Below, one piece after another: positions 40,800-51,390 of a stretch of 64,000 nucleotides of DNA. Source of the DNA: Candidatus Poribacteria bacterium (GTDB lineage: Bacteria; Poribacteria; WGA-4E; WGA-3G); the NCBI GenBank assembly GCA_965214095.1, contig OZ243938.1, forward strand, positions 64,001 to 128,000, in the 5' to 3' direction. Position numbers and translations under genes: made by a program. The notes under the pieces were generated by a model, which did not search any database, was not told where the DNA came from, and saw only the letters and a list, made by a program, of their open reading frames with translations. Position 1 is the stretch's first letter. Each line of letters starts with the position of its first letter.

Positions 40800-40985
40800 C
40801 AGGGTTATTTAAGTTTTCGGTTTTTCTGCTATATTTTTCACATTTCAATATAACACCTGTAGGTCGGGTAGAGGCACGAAACCCGACAAGCATTGAACGT
40901 GTCGGGTTTCGTGCCTCTACCCGACCTACGATATAAACTCTTAGTAACGTTCATCAATTGAAAATTATTAAACTAAATAACCCTG
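40800..40985. mobile_element. MITE with CAGGGTTATTTA terminal IRs, 9-bp target duplication and REP-doublet cargo
   Basis: ATACACTGA direct repeats at 40791-40799 and 40986-40994; internal perfect 30-bp GTAG inverted repeat at 40859-40929. Confidence 0.85.
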
Positions 40986-41086
40986 ATACACTGAAGTATT
41001 TCTTGACTTCAGTGACCATATATGATATTACTTTGTTGAACAAATATCAAAACCATGATGAAATGTAAATCACCCAATATTATTTT

Positions 41087-43138
41087 ATGAAAAAGTTAGA
41101 TAGACTTACACTTGGAAAGACTGTTGTCTTAGTATTATTTTTGATACACCTATTACCTGTATGGATTTTCCAGTATTTTCCGACACAGGATGGGGCAAGT
41201 CATATATACAATGCTTATGTACTGAAAGAATACCACAACCACGACAACTATAGACTTCGTGAAGTCTACGAATTAAACACAACTTTATTCCCCAATTGGA
41301 CTTCACATGTTTTGTTGGTAGGCTTAATGTACATCTTCCCGCCGATTATATCTGAAAAAATAGTCATTACTTTGTGCATCGCGCTTTTACCGATTTCTCT
41401 ATTCTATTTCCTTAGATGTGTCCAGAAGAGTAATCTACTATTTGGCCTTATAGGATTCTTCTATGCCTACAATTATCTGCTGCATATGGGATTTTACAAC
41501 TTTGTTCTCAGTATATCGTTATATTTCTTTACTGTTGGATATTGGTGGAGAGTCAAAGACAATTTACGTTGGAATAACATACTAATCATATATCTAATGC
41601 TCATATTGACTTACTTTACACATTACCATTCCTATGCTTTACTCCTTATTTCTCTAACAATCTTATCGTTACTTTCATCAGTCTACAATGCAATGCATTC
41701 AGTAACAGACAAGAATAATATATCAGATGCACAGATGTCAAAATATAACTTTGCATTTAACAATTTCAAACCTACACTGAGATTGATAATTTCCCTAATA
41801 CCAGCATATTGTATAATGTTGGCTTACTACCTTTATCTTGTAAAAGCACATGGAAGTGATGGAGATTATAGAGGTATAGGTTGGCTTGTCAATTATTTTT
41901 TCTCTATGAAATCATTAGTTTCTTTTCGTGATGAGCACATACTTATTGGACAGATGCTATTGCTTGTGTTTGGAGTAGTATTTGTAATCTCTGTTCTCAA
42001 TAGAATCCGACTGTATAAAAATGGATTGAACACTGTCCCTCAACAATTTTGGTCAAGTATTGTCACTAAAACAGATGCATTTATGATCCTGGCAATTATT
42101 GTATCTGGAATGTATTTCATTTCTCCTTGGTCTGGTTACAGTGGGGGTTGGATAAATGACCGCTTTCATATATACATCTTCCTCATAATACTACCCTTCT
42201 TTACAGTCAACATACATCGATATATGAATAATATAATTGCGGGAACAATTATTTTCCTAGCCCTTTTGCACCTTGGTTTCAATGTACACACTTATGCCAT
42301 GTTGAATCGTGATATATCTGAAGCACTTTCGTTAGATGGAATGGATGAACGACATGCTGTTCTCAGTAGTATACCAGGTGAATGGAATGGAATCTCAGAT
42401 TCGCTCGGTTTTGAATCCAAGTATGTTGAACCATTTGGACATTTAGAGTGTCTGTTAGCAACAAATATGGGGATTGCATATCTTAATAACTATGAAGCTA
42501 ATACAGACCACTTTCCGCTACAATATAAAAATAAGGATTTGACTGTTGACTATATCATCGTTTGGAAAACTGAATTTCACGATACTGAAGGATTGGAACA
42601 AGAATATGACCTAATTGATTCCAATGACTACAACCGTCTATATCGTAGGAAAACGACTCCATCTGACAATCCACTTTGGATAGGATCAGATAGTTTGGCA
42701 TTTGACATGCAACCTCATGATGCAGAAACTGCCCTTGGGCACATTGCTATCTATAAAGATACTGTATACGAAGATGAAAGATTCGGATGGTTAACACAAT
42801 CAGAAAAGGATGGTCTTAGTAGTTCTGCAGGGACTCAACCTTATTCCGACAGCATTACAGGTGAGGATGATGGTGTTTTCCGTTTGGTTCTTCCTAACGG
42901 AATTTATGAAGTTATATGTTATTTCAATACGACAGAATCTGAACCTATTGAGATAAACCTAATTGCAAATGGCGAACATAAAATACAGCAATTGCAAATT
43001 TCTGATGGATATGAGAAAATTCAAAGAAGGTATAATATCACAATTACTGATGAACAACTGACCCAGGTGATATATACACGTGGCAAATCAGGTTATAACA
43101 GATGGGGATGGAGCGGTTTCTCAATTCAAAAACAATAG
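41087..43138 (+). CDS. Polytopic membrane protein (GT-C glycosyltransferase-like) with C-terminal soluble beta-sandwich-like domain
   Basis: About 11 TM helices; first-loop PTQDGASH motif; soluble C-terminal ~150 aa. Confidence 0.55.
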   Translation: MKKLDRLTLGKTVVLVLFLIHLLPVWIFQYFPTQDGASHIYNAYVLKEYHNHDNYRLREVYELNTTLFPNWTSHVLLVGLMYIFPPIISEKIVITLCIALLPISLFYFLRCVQKSNLLFGLIGFFYAYNYLLHMGFYNFVLSISLYFFTVGYWWRVKDNLRWNNILIIYLMLILTYFTHYHSYALLLISLTILSLLSSVYNAMHSVTDKNNISDAQMSKYNFAFNNFKPTLRLIISLIPAYCIMLAYYLYLVKAHGSDGDYRGIGWLVNYFFSMKSLVSFRDEHILIGQMLLLVFGVVFVISVLNRIRLYKNGLNTVPQQFWSSIVTKTDAFMILAIIVSGMYFISPWSGYSGGWINDRFHIYIFLIILPFFTVNIHRYMNNIIAGTIIFLALLHLGFNVHTYAMLNRDISEALSLDGMDERHAVLSSIPGEWNGISDSLGFESKYVEPFGHLECLLATNMGIAYLNNYEANTDHFPLQYKNKDLTVDYIIVWKTEFHDTEGLEQEYDLIDSNDYNRLYRRKTTPSDNPLWIGSDSLAFDMQPHDAETALGHIAIYKDTVYEDERFGWLTQSEKDGLSSSAGTQPYSDSITGEDDGVFRLVLPNGIYEVICYFNTTESEPIEINLIANGEHKIQQLQISDGYEKIQRRYNITITDEQLTQVIYTRGKSGYNRWGWSGFSIQKQ

Positions 43139-43207
43139 AAACTGAATCTGTATAATCTTGAAGAAAATTAAATCAGAGTATTCAAAAATTAATGAAAGGA
43201 TACAAAT

Positions 43208-44827
43208 ATGATTGAAGTACAAGATATTGGATGGCATGCAGAAAGCAAAATAGGTGTTGTTGCTGCAGGTGGTGCAAAGGCAGTTGCAGCAGGAATTGAG
43301 CTCTTGGATGCAGGTGGAAACGCAGCGGACGCAGCAACTGCAACGATACTCGCTCTCAATGTTACTGACCATGGTGCGTGTTCAATTGGCGGTGAGGTGC
43401 CACTGCTCATCTATGATGCAGAGAAACATGAAGTGAAATCATTGTCTGGACTGGGACGCGCACCTCTCTCTCAAAAAGCAATCGACTGGTATATAGAAAA
43501 CGAGATACCAAACTATGATGTAAAAATGGCTCCTGTGCCATCTGTTGTTGACCTATGTACCACAACACTCAAACTCTATGGAACAATGACATTTGGGCAA
43601 ATCGTCTCACCTACCTTGAAAATCCTTGACGAAGGAAATGCAGAATGGCATCCTGATTTAGCTGCTACACTACGAAGATTAGTCTCTGAAGAAAGAAACA
43701 CTTCCGGAACTCGTGAGCAAAAAATTCAAGCAGCAAGTGATAGATTTTATGGACGAAACGATGTAAACAGCGACATTGCTGATGAATTAGAAGCCTTTTA
43801 CATTGAAAATGGTGGGTTTCTTCGAAGGAATGACCTCGCAGCACATGTTACATTAATTGAAGACCCTATAACCGTGGAATATCAAGGATACACAGTGTGT
43901 AAATGTGGCACATGGACACAAGGCCCCTACCTTTGTCAAGCATTGAGACTCTTGGAAGGATTTGACCTTAAATCTATCGGACATCTATCCGCAGATTATG
44001 TGCATGTAGTCACAGAAGCACTGAAGTTAGCGATGGCGGATAGAGATGCGTATTATGCTGATCCCGAATTTGTTGATGTACCGATGTCCACATTGCTCTC
44101 GGATGCTTATACTGAGATGCGTAAACCATTAATTGATATGGAAAAAGCATCCAATGAAGCACGACCAGGTGATGTAGAAAATATGAAACCGACAAAAGAT
44201 AATGGAGTATTTCGTCCAGGTGTTGGTGGAACAACAACCTGTGTTGTCGCTGACCGATGGGGGAACGTTGTTTCTGCTACGCCGAGTGCAAACGTGTACC
44301 ACGCAGGAGGTACTGGCACTACCGGTGTTAGTTATGGCAACCGTCTACGTAGTTTGAACACAACAGAAGGACACCCGAATTGTATTGAAGCGGGAAAACG
44401 TCCAAGAATTACCTTGACACCAACACTTGTTCTGAAGGATGGAAAACCTATATTGGCAATCAGCGTTGCTGGAGGGGACTTGCAGGATCAAGCAACGATG
44501 AACTTACTGCTTAATTATGTTGAGTTTGGTATGAAACCAGAAGATGCAGTGACGGCACCTCGGTTTGCAACTGCACATCATGAAGATTCGTTTGACCCAA
44601 ATCCTAATCGCGAACAGACATTCAAAGGACCAGGATCTCTGACTATCAACAATAGTGTCAACGAAGATATCCGGGAAGACCTTGCAGGTCGCGGACACAA
44701 GGTAAGTGCAGTCTCTTCAGCAATTGCTGCACCTTCAATGCTCTATATTGACCAAGATTCAGAAACTTATTATGCTGTGGGTGACCCTGCAGCTGGTAGA
44801 CATGCTGCCGGTTTATCTGGAGAATAA
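43208..44827 (+). CDS. Gamma-glutamyltransferase-family Ntn hydrolase
   Basis: GGNAADAA, LAMADRDAYYADP, GTTTCVVAD.WGN and GKRPR motifs. Confidence 0.9.
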   Translation: MIEVQDIGWHAESKIGVVAAGGAKAVAAGIELLDAGGNAADAATATILALNVTDHGACSIGGEVPLLIYDAEKHEVKSLSGLGRAPLSQKAIDWYIENEIPNYDVKMAPVPSVVDLCTTTLKLYGTMTFGQIVSPTLKILDEGNAEWHPDLAATLRRLVSEERNTSGTREQKIQAASDRFYGRNDVNSDIADELEAFYIENGGFLRRNDLAAHVTLIEDPITVEYQGYTVCKCGTWTQGPYLCQALRLLEGFDLKSIGHLSADYVHVVTEALKLAMADRDAYYADPEFVDVPMSTLLSDAYTEMRKPLIDMEKASNEARPGDVENMKPTKDNGVFRPGVGGTTTCVVADRWGNVVSATPSANVYHAGGTGTTGVSYGNRLRSLNTTEGHPNCIEAGKRPRITLTPTLVLKDGKPILAISVAGGDLQDQATMNLLLNYVEFGMKPEDAVTAPRFATAHHEDSFDPNPNREQTFKGPGSLTINNSVNEDIREDLAGRGHKVSAVSSAIAAPSMLYIDQDSETYYAVGDPAAGRHAAGLSGE

Positions 44828-44860
44828 TGTTATGGTCTGATTAAACAAGCATTATATTAT

Positions 44861-45658
44861 TCAATAACCCAAACTCCGCAGATATTCTCGATTTACTTTC
44901 GCAGCTTCAGCAGGTGGACGTGGCGGGTACGGACGGTCCAGTTCTACTGAAACCCATCCATCATATTCAACAGATTCAAGTCCTTCAAGCACTGCTTTAA
45001 CATCAAGTCCAAGATTACCTGCACCAAGTTCTGCAAAGCGTGCCTTTTCACCGAATCGTTGGGTTCTATAATTCCATGTATCGGGTTCATCTGCATGACA
45101 GTCTTTGAGATGCACGTGTCCAATGCGATTACGCAAGAGTTCACTATCAAACACCTTCATCGGATCGCTGCCTGCTGCAAGCATGTGGCCTGTATCAAAC
45201 AATAACCAAAGACTTGGAGCAACGGATAATAGACGTTCTGCATCTTCAACCGTCTCAATCAATGTGCCGAGATGTGCGTGATGGAACCCTTTGATTTGGT
45301 GTGCATCACAATAGGCAAGAATATCATCAAGTGTTCGCGCACCATTTTCTATATCACTATCACTTGGATCAGCACCACCCCATTCACTACGTCGCAGTGC
45401 GGGGACCTCTGCTGCGTAATTTCCAAGTGTTACGTTGAACCTTACTCTATCAAGTCCAGCACCACCTGCGTTGACGATGTGTAACCCTAAACTACGAGCA
45501 AGTGTTGCCATTTCAATCAGATTTTCTGCACCATCAATAGGGACACTTTCCACACCTTCCCAACCAGCCTCTGCGACTTCACGCAATACTTTTTCAGGAT
45601 TATCTCTCTGCTCACCGCCAAACTGAATTAAATGGCAAGCGAATCTTAAGTTACTCAT
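44861..45658 (-). CDS. Sugar phosphate isomerase/epimerase (IolE-like TIM barrel)
   Basis: HHAH.GT.IE, DTGH, HVHLKD and YDGWVSVELD motifs. Confidence 0.85.
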   Translation of the reverse strand: MSNLRFACHLIQFGGEQRDNPEKVLREVAEAGWEGVESVPIDGAENLIEMATLARSLGLHIVNAGGAGLDRVRFNVTLGNYAAEVPALRRSEWGGADPSDSDIENGARTLDDILAYCDAHQIKGFHHAHLGTLIETVEDAERLLSVAPSLWLLFDTGHMLAAGSDPMKVFDSELLRNRIGHVHLKDCHADEPDTWNYRTQRFGEKARFAELGAGNLGLDVKAVLEGLESVEYDGWVSVELDRPYPPRPPAEAAKVNREYLRSLGY

Positions 45659-45825
45659 GCGTATACTCCTATCTCAACCAACTGAATTATGTATTTTTTA
45701 CCTACAGTATTAGCATACTATCCAAGAGTGAAAAGCGTAAAATTCTCTGCATGTTTTTCTATTCTTGAGATAGTTTATTTTTGGAGTAGATCTAATATTT
45801 GACTTATCCTTATCTTCTGGCACTA

Positions 45826-46590
45826 TCAATTGAGCATTTTGAGCATCCCCCAAGTCGTTGCTGCTTTCTCTAATGGAGAGACACTCAGAACCTGATCCAT
45901 ATCCTGCTTGATCTCAGCTTTAGTCAGAACACGGTTATAGATAACAAATTCATCAAGCATACCCTTATAAGGCCACGCGCCGTCTAACCGATTACCAAAC
46001 CAGTGGTCTGCTTGAGAAACAGGAATCTCTCCTTCCAACTTGTGTGTTTCATCAAGTTCACCGTTTATATAAATCCGAAGTTCTTTATTGAACTCATAGA
46101 CTGCGGCAACGTGTGACCATCTATTCTGTGAAATTATGTTTTTAGCACTATTCCAGGTGCCTCCACCTGCTCCAGCACTTCCAATCCATACTGAAGGTTT
46201 GCCTTGATGCAGACTCAAATAATATGTATGAGGATCTGCCTGTCCACGTATATTCCGATATTCACCAACACTTTGTGGGTATAGCCATACACCCATCGTA
46301 AAACTCTTGGTAATCGCCAGACTATTTGACGCTTTGACTGCAACCACGCCTTGCTGAACTTGTTCATCAAAATACACTGCTGACTTTATTTTGCCGTTGT
46401 GCATCCATTTTACATCACCTTCAAGGATACCATCATTACCTTTGCCACTAAGATCCTCTACATCTTTTCCGTCACCCTCATCGAATGACAGATAAAGTAC
46501 CATCGCATCGTCCTTAATTGCTTCAACGACAACAGGCAATGTCAACATAATTGTCGTGCACATTACAAAGATAAGTATTCTTTTCATCAT
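45826..46590 (-). CDS. Secreted LamG/concanavalin-like protein with TWG tail
   Basis: YLSFDEG.G...DLSGKGNDG, WSHVAAVY...IYING, DEFVIYNRVLT; ends VSPLEKAATTWGMLK. Confidence 0.85.
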   Translation of the reverse strand: MMKRILIFVMCTTIMLTLPVVVEAIKDDAMVLYLSFDEGDGKDVEDLSGKGNDGILEGDVKWMHNGKIKSAVYFDEQVQQGVVAVKASNSLAITKSFTMGVWLYPQSVGEYRNIRGQADPHTYYLSLHQGKPSVWIGSAGAGGGTWNSAKNIISQNRWSHVAAVYEFNKELRIYINGELDETHKLEGEIPVSQADHWFGNRLDGAWPYKGMLDEFVIYNRVLTKAEIKQDMDQVLSVSPLEKAATTWGMLKMLN

Positions 46591-46599
46591 AAGAAGAAC

Positions 46600-46920
46600 C
46601 TACTTCCAATCATCATCTGGAGGGTATATTGTGTAACTTCCACCCCCAGCACCTTTATATTCGTTCTCTGCAAACCAATCCTTAACGGTATCACGCCACT
46701 TGATGAAGTGTGGTGTTTCCAGATGTGCTTTGAATGCATCCTCATCTAAATACACCTCATAAAGCCAAATCCGATTCTCATCAGAACCATCTTGTATCAC
46801 ATCAAATCTTAAACAACCCGGTTCATCACGAACTGAACCCCGAGCATCGTCTAACATCGCTTCTATAAATTCTTCACGTTTACCTTCTTTTATCTGAATT
46901 GGGGCAATTATTACAAACAT
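46600..46920 (-). CDS. Antibiotic biosynthesis monooxygenase/LsrG-family protein
   Basis: EPGCLRFDV, LYEVY and AHLETPHF motifs. Confidence 0.88.
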   Translation of the reverse strand: MFVIIAPIQIKEGKREEFIEAMLDDARGSVRDEPGCLRFDVIQDGSDENRIWLYEVYLDEDAFKAHLETPHFIKWRDTVKDWFAENEYKGAGGGSYTIYPPDDDWK

Positions 46921-47063
46921 ATTCTTTCTCCCTTAAATGAGTATAGTTATGGGTAAAATCTAACTTATCATACTGAATATCAGATGTCAAGTTGAAAGTT
47001 GTGGAAGTTTTAATTATTCGTAAAAAGGAGGAAACTAATCTAATTCAAACCTGCTTAAGACTA

Positions 47064-47822
47064 CTAACTACGAAGTGTCAAATTGTCAGCCATCACTACT
47101 CCATCTCGGTTCTTTGTACCTGAGGACATGTAATGGATGACCATTGCACGTCTGTCTCGTGGTGATCTGTTCGGATTAGTTTGATGAAGTGTCATACAGT
47201 GATGTAACATGACATATCCCGCTTTGACTGGAACCGCAACAGCACGAGTCTCATCTGCATCGACCTCCAAAAGCGCAGGTAATTCACCCTTTTCTGACTT
47301 AGCACGTCCGTGAGAGGTCAATCCCTCTAAATGACTACCGGGAATTACATTCATACAACCGTTTTCCTCATCCGCATCATCAAGTGCAATCCAGATACTC
47401 ACAAGATTCGGAGGATCACATTGCCAATATGCGTTGTCCTGATGCCAAAAAACTTCTCCACCATGATAAGCAGGTTTATAGAGTGCCTGATCATGAAATA
47501 ACTGGATTTCAGTTCCAATCAAACTCTCTGCTATATCTAATAACGGTTTGTGGTAGAGCAGCTTTTGATACTCCTCATCTAATCGCCACATCTCCATAAT
47601 CTGCAACATCTCTTCAGCGCGATCAGTAGCATCATCATTTTCCGAATTTTCAACAACTGCAAGGTTTCGCATTCCTTTTCCAGTAGTACCTCTTCTCTCT
47701 GCAAAAAGCGTGTCATAATGTTCACGCAGCACAGTGAGATGATTGTCATCAATAACTCGTTCATTTATCTTGAGATACCCTTCACTCTTGAATGTTTCTA
47801 CCTCTTGTAAACTAAGTTTCAT
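47064..47822 (-). CDS. PhyH-family dioxygenase
   Basis: WHQDNAYW, NGCMNVIPGSH and LHQT.PN.S..DRRA motifs. Confidence 0.9.
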   Translation of the reverse strand: MKLSLQEVETFKSEGYLKINERVIDDNHLTVLREHYDTLFAERRGTTGKGMRNLAVVENSENDDATDRAEEMLQIMEMWRLDEEYQKLLYHKPLLDIAESLIGTEIQLFHDQALYKPAYHGGEVFWHQDNAYWQCDPPNLVSIWIALDDADEENGCMNVIPGSHLEGLTSHGRAKSEKGELPALLEVDADETRAVAVPVKAGYVMLHHCMTLHQTNPNRSPRDRRAMVIHYMSSGTKNRDGVVMADNLTLRS

Positions 47823-47888
47823 ATATCTCCTCTATCATATCATAAGTTATTATTATTTGTAGGAGGGGTTTCTAACCCGAGTATTATT

Positions 47889-48836
47889 TTATGTTTTAGA
47901 TAGCGATGCTAACCGAATATCGTTTAACTCTTTTGCACTGAATACTCCTGCTTTGTAAAGATTCAGGTATTCTTCAGATACACTTTGACCAAAGATAATC
48001 AGATCGTCTGTATTAATCGTGACTGCTACACCGTTATCATACAGGATCCGAATAGGATGAGAAGCAAGGTTAGGAACTGCACTCAACATCACGTTACTCG
48101 TGGGACACACATTTAATTGTATCTGATTCTGAGATAACCACCGCATCACTTCAACCGATTCTGCTGCAGCGATTCCGTGTTGCACCTCGTCCAAGTCAAG
48201 GATTTCAACTGTTCTCCGTATCTCTTCTGTGTCTCCAAATTCACCGACATGTGCTTTGAGTTTCATTCCAGCTGCGCGCGCCGCACCATATAAAGGTTTT
48301 ACTTCTTCAGGAGCACATGCTTCTTCAAAACTATACAGATCTATTGATTTAAAAACGCCTAATTCCACTGCTTCATGTGCAAACTTCATGAGACTTGCAT
48401 CGCTAACATGTGTCCGTGGAATACCGAGTTCAGGTCGTAAGTTTACTTGTGGTTTAAATCTATCAACTAACCCCTCAATAAACGCTTTTACACCCACTAA
48501 TCCATCGGGATAAAACCTTGTCATCATAATATCAAAACTCATTTCAAGGTAGACCACACCATCCTCTATGGCATCGTTTACGCCTGATGATGAAACAAAT
48601 TCAAAACCTTCACGGGATTTCTGGAGAGGTGCTAAAACTGCGAGAATATACTCCATCATCCCCTTAAGTCCTTTCATCATACGAGGAGGTCTCGGCACAG
48701 AATGTCCTAACCATTCTTCCAAATTCTGCAATCTTGTGCTAAGAAAAGCGTGAGAATGGACATCTGTTTTGGGTGCTGCTCTTAATCCATCAAGATTATA
48801 TGTTGATAATGCTGTAACAAAATCTGTGTCTTTCAT
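47889..48836 (-). CDS. Adenosine/adenine deaminase-family protein
   Basis: DVHSH, KAHVGE, QHG, VCPTSN and INTDD motifs. Confidence 0.88.
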   Translation of the reverse strand: MKDTDFVTALSTYNLDGLRAAPKTDVHSHAFLSTRLQNLEEWLGHSVPRPPRMMKGLKGMMEYILAVLAPLQKSREGFEFVSSSGVNDAIEDGVVYLEMSFDIMMTRFYPDGLVGVKAFIEGLVDRFKPQVNLRPELGIPRTHVSDASLMKFAHEAVELGVFKSIDLYSFEEACAPEEVKPLYGAARAAGMKLKAHVGEFGDTEEIRRTVEILDLDEVQHGIAAAESVEVMRWLSQNQIQLNVCPTSNVMLSAVPNLASHPIRILYDNGVAVTINTDDLIIFGQSVSEEYLNLYKAGVFSAKELNDIRLASLSKT

Positions 48837-48990
48837 ATCAATTTATGTCATTCATAATTCACCTATACTCATTTTATTGTAGCACGAATCTCAAAATGTA
48901 TGCTAAACTAAAAACACTATTAGCAGATGAATATAGTTTCTTGTTAGTTCAATACAAATCATACATTGTAATGTGAGATAACACTGACAA

Positions 48991-50598
48991 ATGTTTGGCA
49001 CAATGATGGACAATCCTCTTTCAATATCGTTAATAATTGAACACGTTAATCGGATACACGGTGATAAGCATGTCTTTTCTCTCTCACCAAATGGAGAGAT
49101 ACACAACTATACCTATTCTAACCTCTATTCCCGTACAATGAAGTTAGCAGATGCGATCACAGAATTAGGTATACAACAAGGGGAAGTTATAGGCACTTTT
49201 TCATCCAATAATCACCAACACTTAGAACTTTCCTTTGCTATTCCAATTATAGGTTCAATTATCCATCCTATCAACATTAAACTCTCACCTATTCAACTTT
49301 CAAAGATTATCAGAGAAGCAGATGACAAAATCATATTTGTTGATGGAATGATGTTTGATAAATTTACTAACTTACGCAATGAAATAGAGGGTCTACATTC
49401 TATCGTATTCAACTCACAGAATTCTAAGACTGAATCAAAATGTGAATATGAGATGTTGATATCCAATGCAAGTGATAATTACTCGACAGAAATCCAAGAC
49501 GAAAATATGGCAATGGCATTATGTTATACAAGTGGTACAAATGGCGAACCGAAAGGAGTTCTCTATACTCATCGTTCCATGCTATTACATACTTTGGCTG
49601 TCAATCAAGCTGATGTGTTTGGTCTAACAGAAGCAGATGTTGTGATGCCACTTGTACCAATGTATCATGCAATGGGTTGGGGACTACATTATGCTGCTAT
49701 GTTTGCTGGTGCGGATCTCGTACTAACCGATCCAATCAATCAACATATTATTGATCTCATCGCAGAAACCAAAGTTACTATTGCAGCAGGTGTGCCAACT
49801 GTTTGGAAAAAACTAATACCTGAATTACTGAAAAGAAGAAACGATGTGCCTTCACTACAACGAATAATCGTAGGTGGAGAACCGATGCCAGTGAATCTCA
49901 TTGAAATATTTGAAAAAGAGCTTAATATAGAAATAAGGCATGCATGGGGAATGACAGAAATGTCTCCGACAGGAACATTTTCCACACTAAAGAAGAAACA
50001 TCATAAATTATCTGACCAAGAAAAATACAAGATTAAAGCATTACAAGGTCAACCCATTCCAGGTGTTCAGCTACGGATCGTTGATGAGAATCAGTATATA
50101 CTTCCTAATGATGGAATTTGTGTGGGAGAGGTGCAGGTAAAAAGTCCATGGACAGCGAGTAGTTACTTTAAAAACGGAATAGATGGCTATAGTTTTACTG
50201 AAGACGGATGGTTTCGAACAGGTGATCTGGCAACAATCAATGAGGATGGATATATGAAGATTGTTGACAGATTGAAATCACTTATCAAAAGTGGTGGAGA
50301 GTTCATATCTCCTAAGGAATTAGAGACTGCACTTTTGAAACATCCAATTGTTACGGATAGTGCAGTTGTCGGTATTTCTGATGACAAATGGGGTGAAAGA
50401 CCAGTCGCAGTTATTGTAATATCAGATCAGGATAACGTTGATATATCAGAAATATTGAAAGAACATCTGTCTAAGGATTTTCCAAAATTCTGGATTCCAG
50501 ACAAGTTTATTATTGTTGAAAAAATACCGAAAACAGGATCAGGAAAAACTGATACAGTTGCGATTAGAAGGACATTAAATGGAGTTTTTACGAAATAA
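48991..50598 (+). CDS. Acyl-CoA synthetase (medium/long-chain fatty acid-CoA ligase, AlkK/DmdB-like)
   Basis: YTSGTNGEPKG, AWGMTE, RTGD, IKSGGE, KWGERP and PKTGSGK motifs. Confidence 0.9.
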   Translation: MFGTMMDNPLSISLIIEHVNRIHGDKHVFSLSPNGEIHNYTYSNLYSRTMKLADAITELGIQQGEVIGTFSSNNHQHLELSFAIPIIGSIIHPINIKLSPIQLSKIIREADDKIIFVDGMMFDKFTNLRNEIEGLHSIVFNSQNSKTESKCEYEMLISNASDNYSTEIQDENMAMALCYTSGTNGEPKGVLYTHRSMLLHTLAVNQADVFGLTEADVVMPLVPMYHAMGWGLHYAAMFAGADLVLTDPINQHIIDLIAETKVTIAAGVPTVWKKLIPELLKRRNDVPSLQRIIVGGEPMPVNLIEIFEKELNIEIRHAWGMTEMSPTGTFSTLKKKHHKLSDQEKYKIKALQGQPIPGVQLRIVDENQYILPNDGICVGEVQVKSPWTASSYFKNGIDGYSFTEDGWFRTGDLATINEDGYMKIVDRLKSLIKSGGEFISPKELETALLKHPIVTDSAVVGISDDKWGERPVAVIVISDQDNVDISEILKEHLSKDFPKFWIPDKFIIVEKIPKTGSGKTDTVAIRRTLNGVFTK

Positions 50599-50655
50599 AT
50601 TACGTGAGTTTGGTATATTCACGGAACAATTCTATCATATTTAAAGGATGCCAGT

Positions 50656-51390
50656 ATGTCAAATAACAACTATAGATTGAGTTCAGAGGAAGCAAATCAA
50701 TTTCGGAATCAAGGTTACCTTGGCCCCTATACTCTCTGCAGTCCAGAAGAAATGCGCAAACAACAACCAGAAGTTGAAAAAATACTCAAAACAGATGCAC
50801 CAGATCATAAGAATAGAGTCCATAACCGTCATCTTGACTATCCATTAATTCACGACCTTGCTACACATCCATCTATCGTTGAGCGCATGGTATCTCTTTA
50901 TGGACCCGATCTGTTGCTATGGAGAACACGGTTTTTCATCAAAGAACCTGGAGCAAAAGAGATTCCGTGGCATCAAGATTTCTTTACTGTACCCCTTGAA
51001 CCCCCACTTATAATATCAGCATGGATCGCAATTGATCCGGTTACAAAAGAAAACAGTTGTCTTCAGATTGTGCCAGGATCACATCGCAAAGTAATACCTC
51101 ACGTTAAATCAACTCCAGATATGGCATTTGGGCAAATGGGAGATCCTAACTATGTTGATGGAAGCAATTATGAGAATCTTGAGTTGCAACCGGGAGAATT
51201 TGTTCTGTTTAATGAACGGACATTACACCACTCTGATGCAAACCGTTCTGACAAGAGACGTATCGGACTAGCTGTTCGTGTGATCGTACCAATTGTGAAA
51301 GTCTTAAAATGGGATTCACCCAAACACGAGCCAATAGTAATAAGTGGAGAAGATAAAGTACAATTCAATAAAAGGAGTGAAGATGAATAG
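50656..51390 (+). CDS. PhyH-family dioxygenase (copy A, divergent active-site region)
   Basis: PWHQDFFTVPLEP, NSCLQIVPGSH and LHHS motifs. Confidence 0.9.
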   Translation: MSNNNYRLSSEEANQFRNQGYLGPYTLCSPEEMRKQQPEVEKILKTDAPDHKNRVHNRHLDYPLIHDLATHPSIVERMVSLYGPDLLLWRTRFFIKEPGAKEIPWHQDFFTVPLEPPLIISAWIAIDPVTKENSCLQIVPGSHRKVIPHVKSTPDMAFGQMGDPNYVDGSNYENLELQPGEFVLFNERTLHHSDANRSDKRRIGLAVRVIVPIVKVLKWDSPKHEPIVISGEDKVQFNKRSEDE

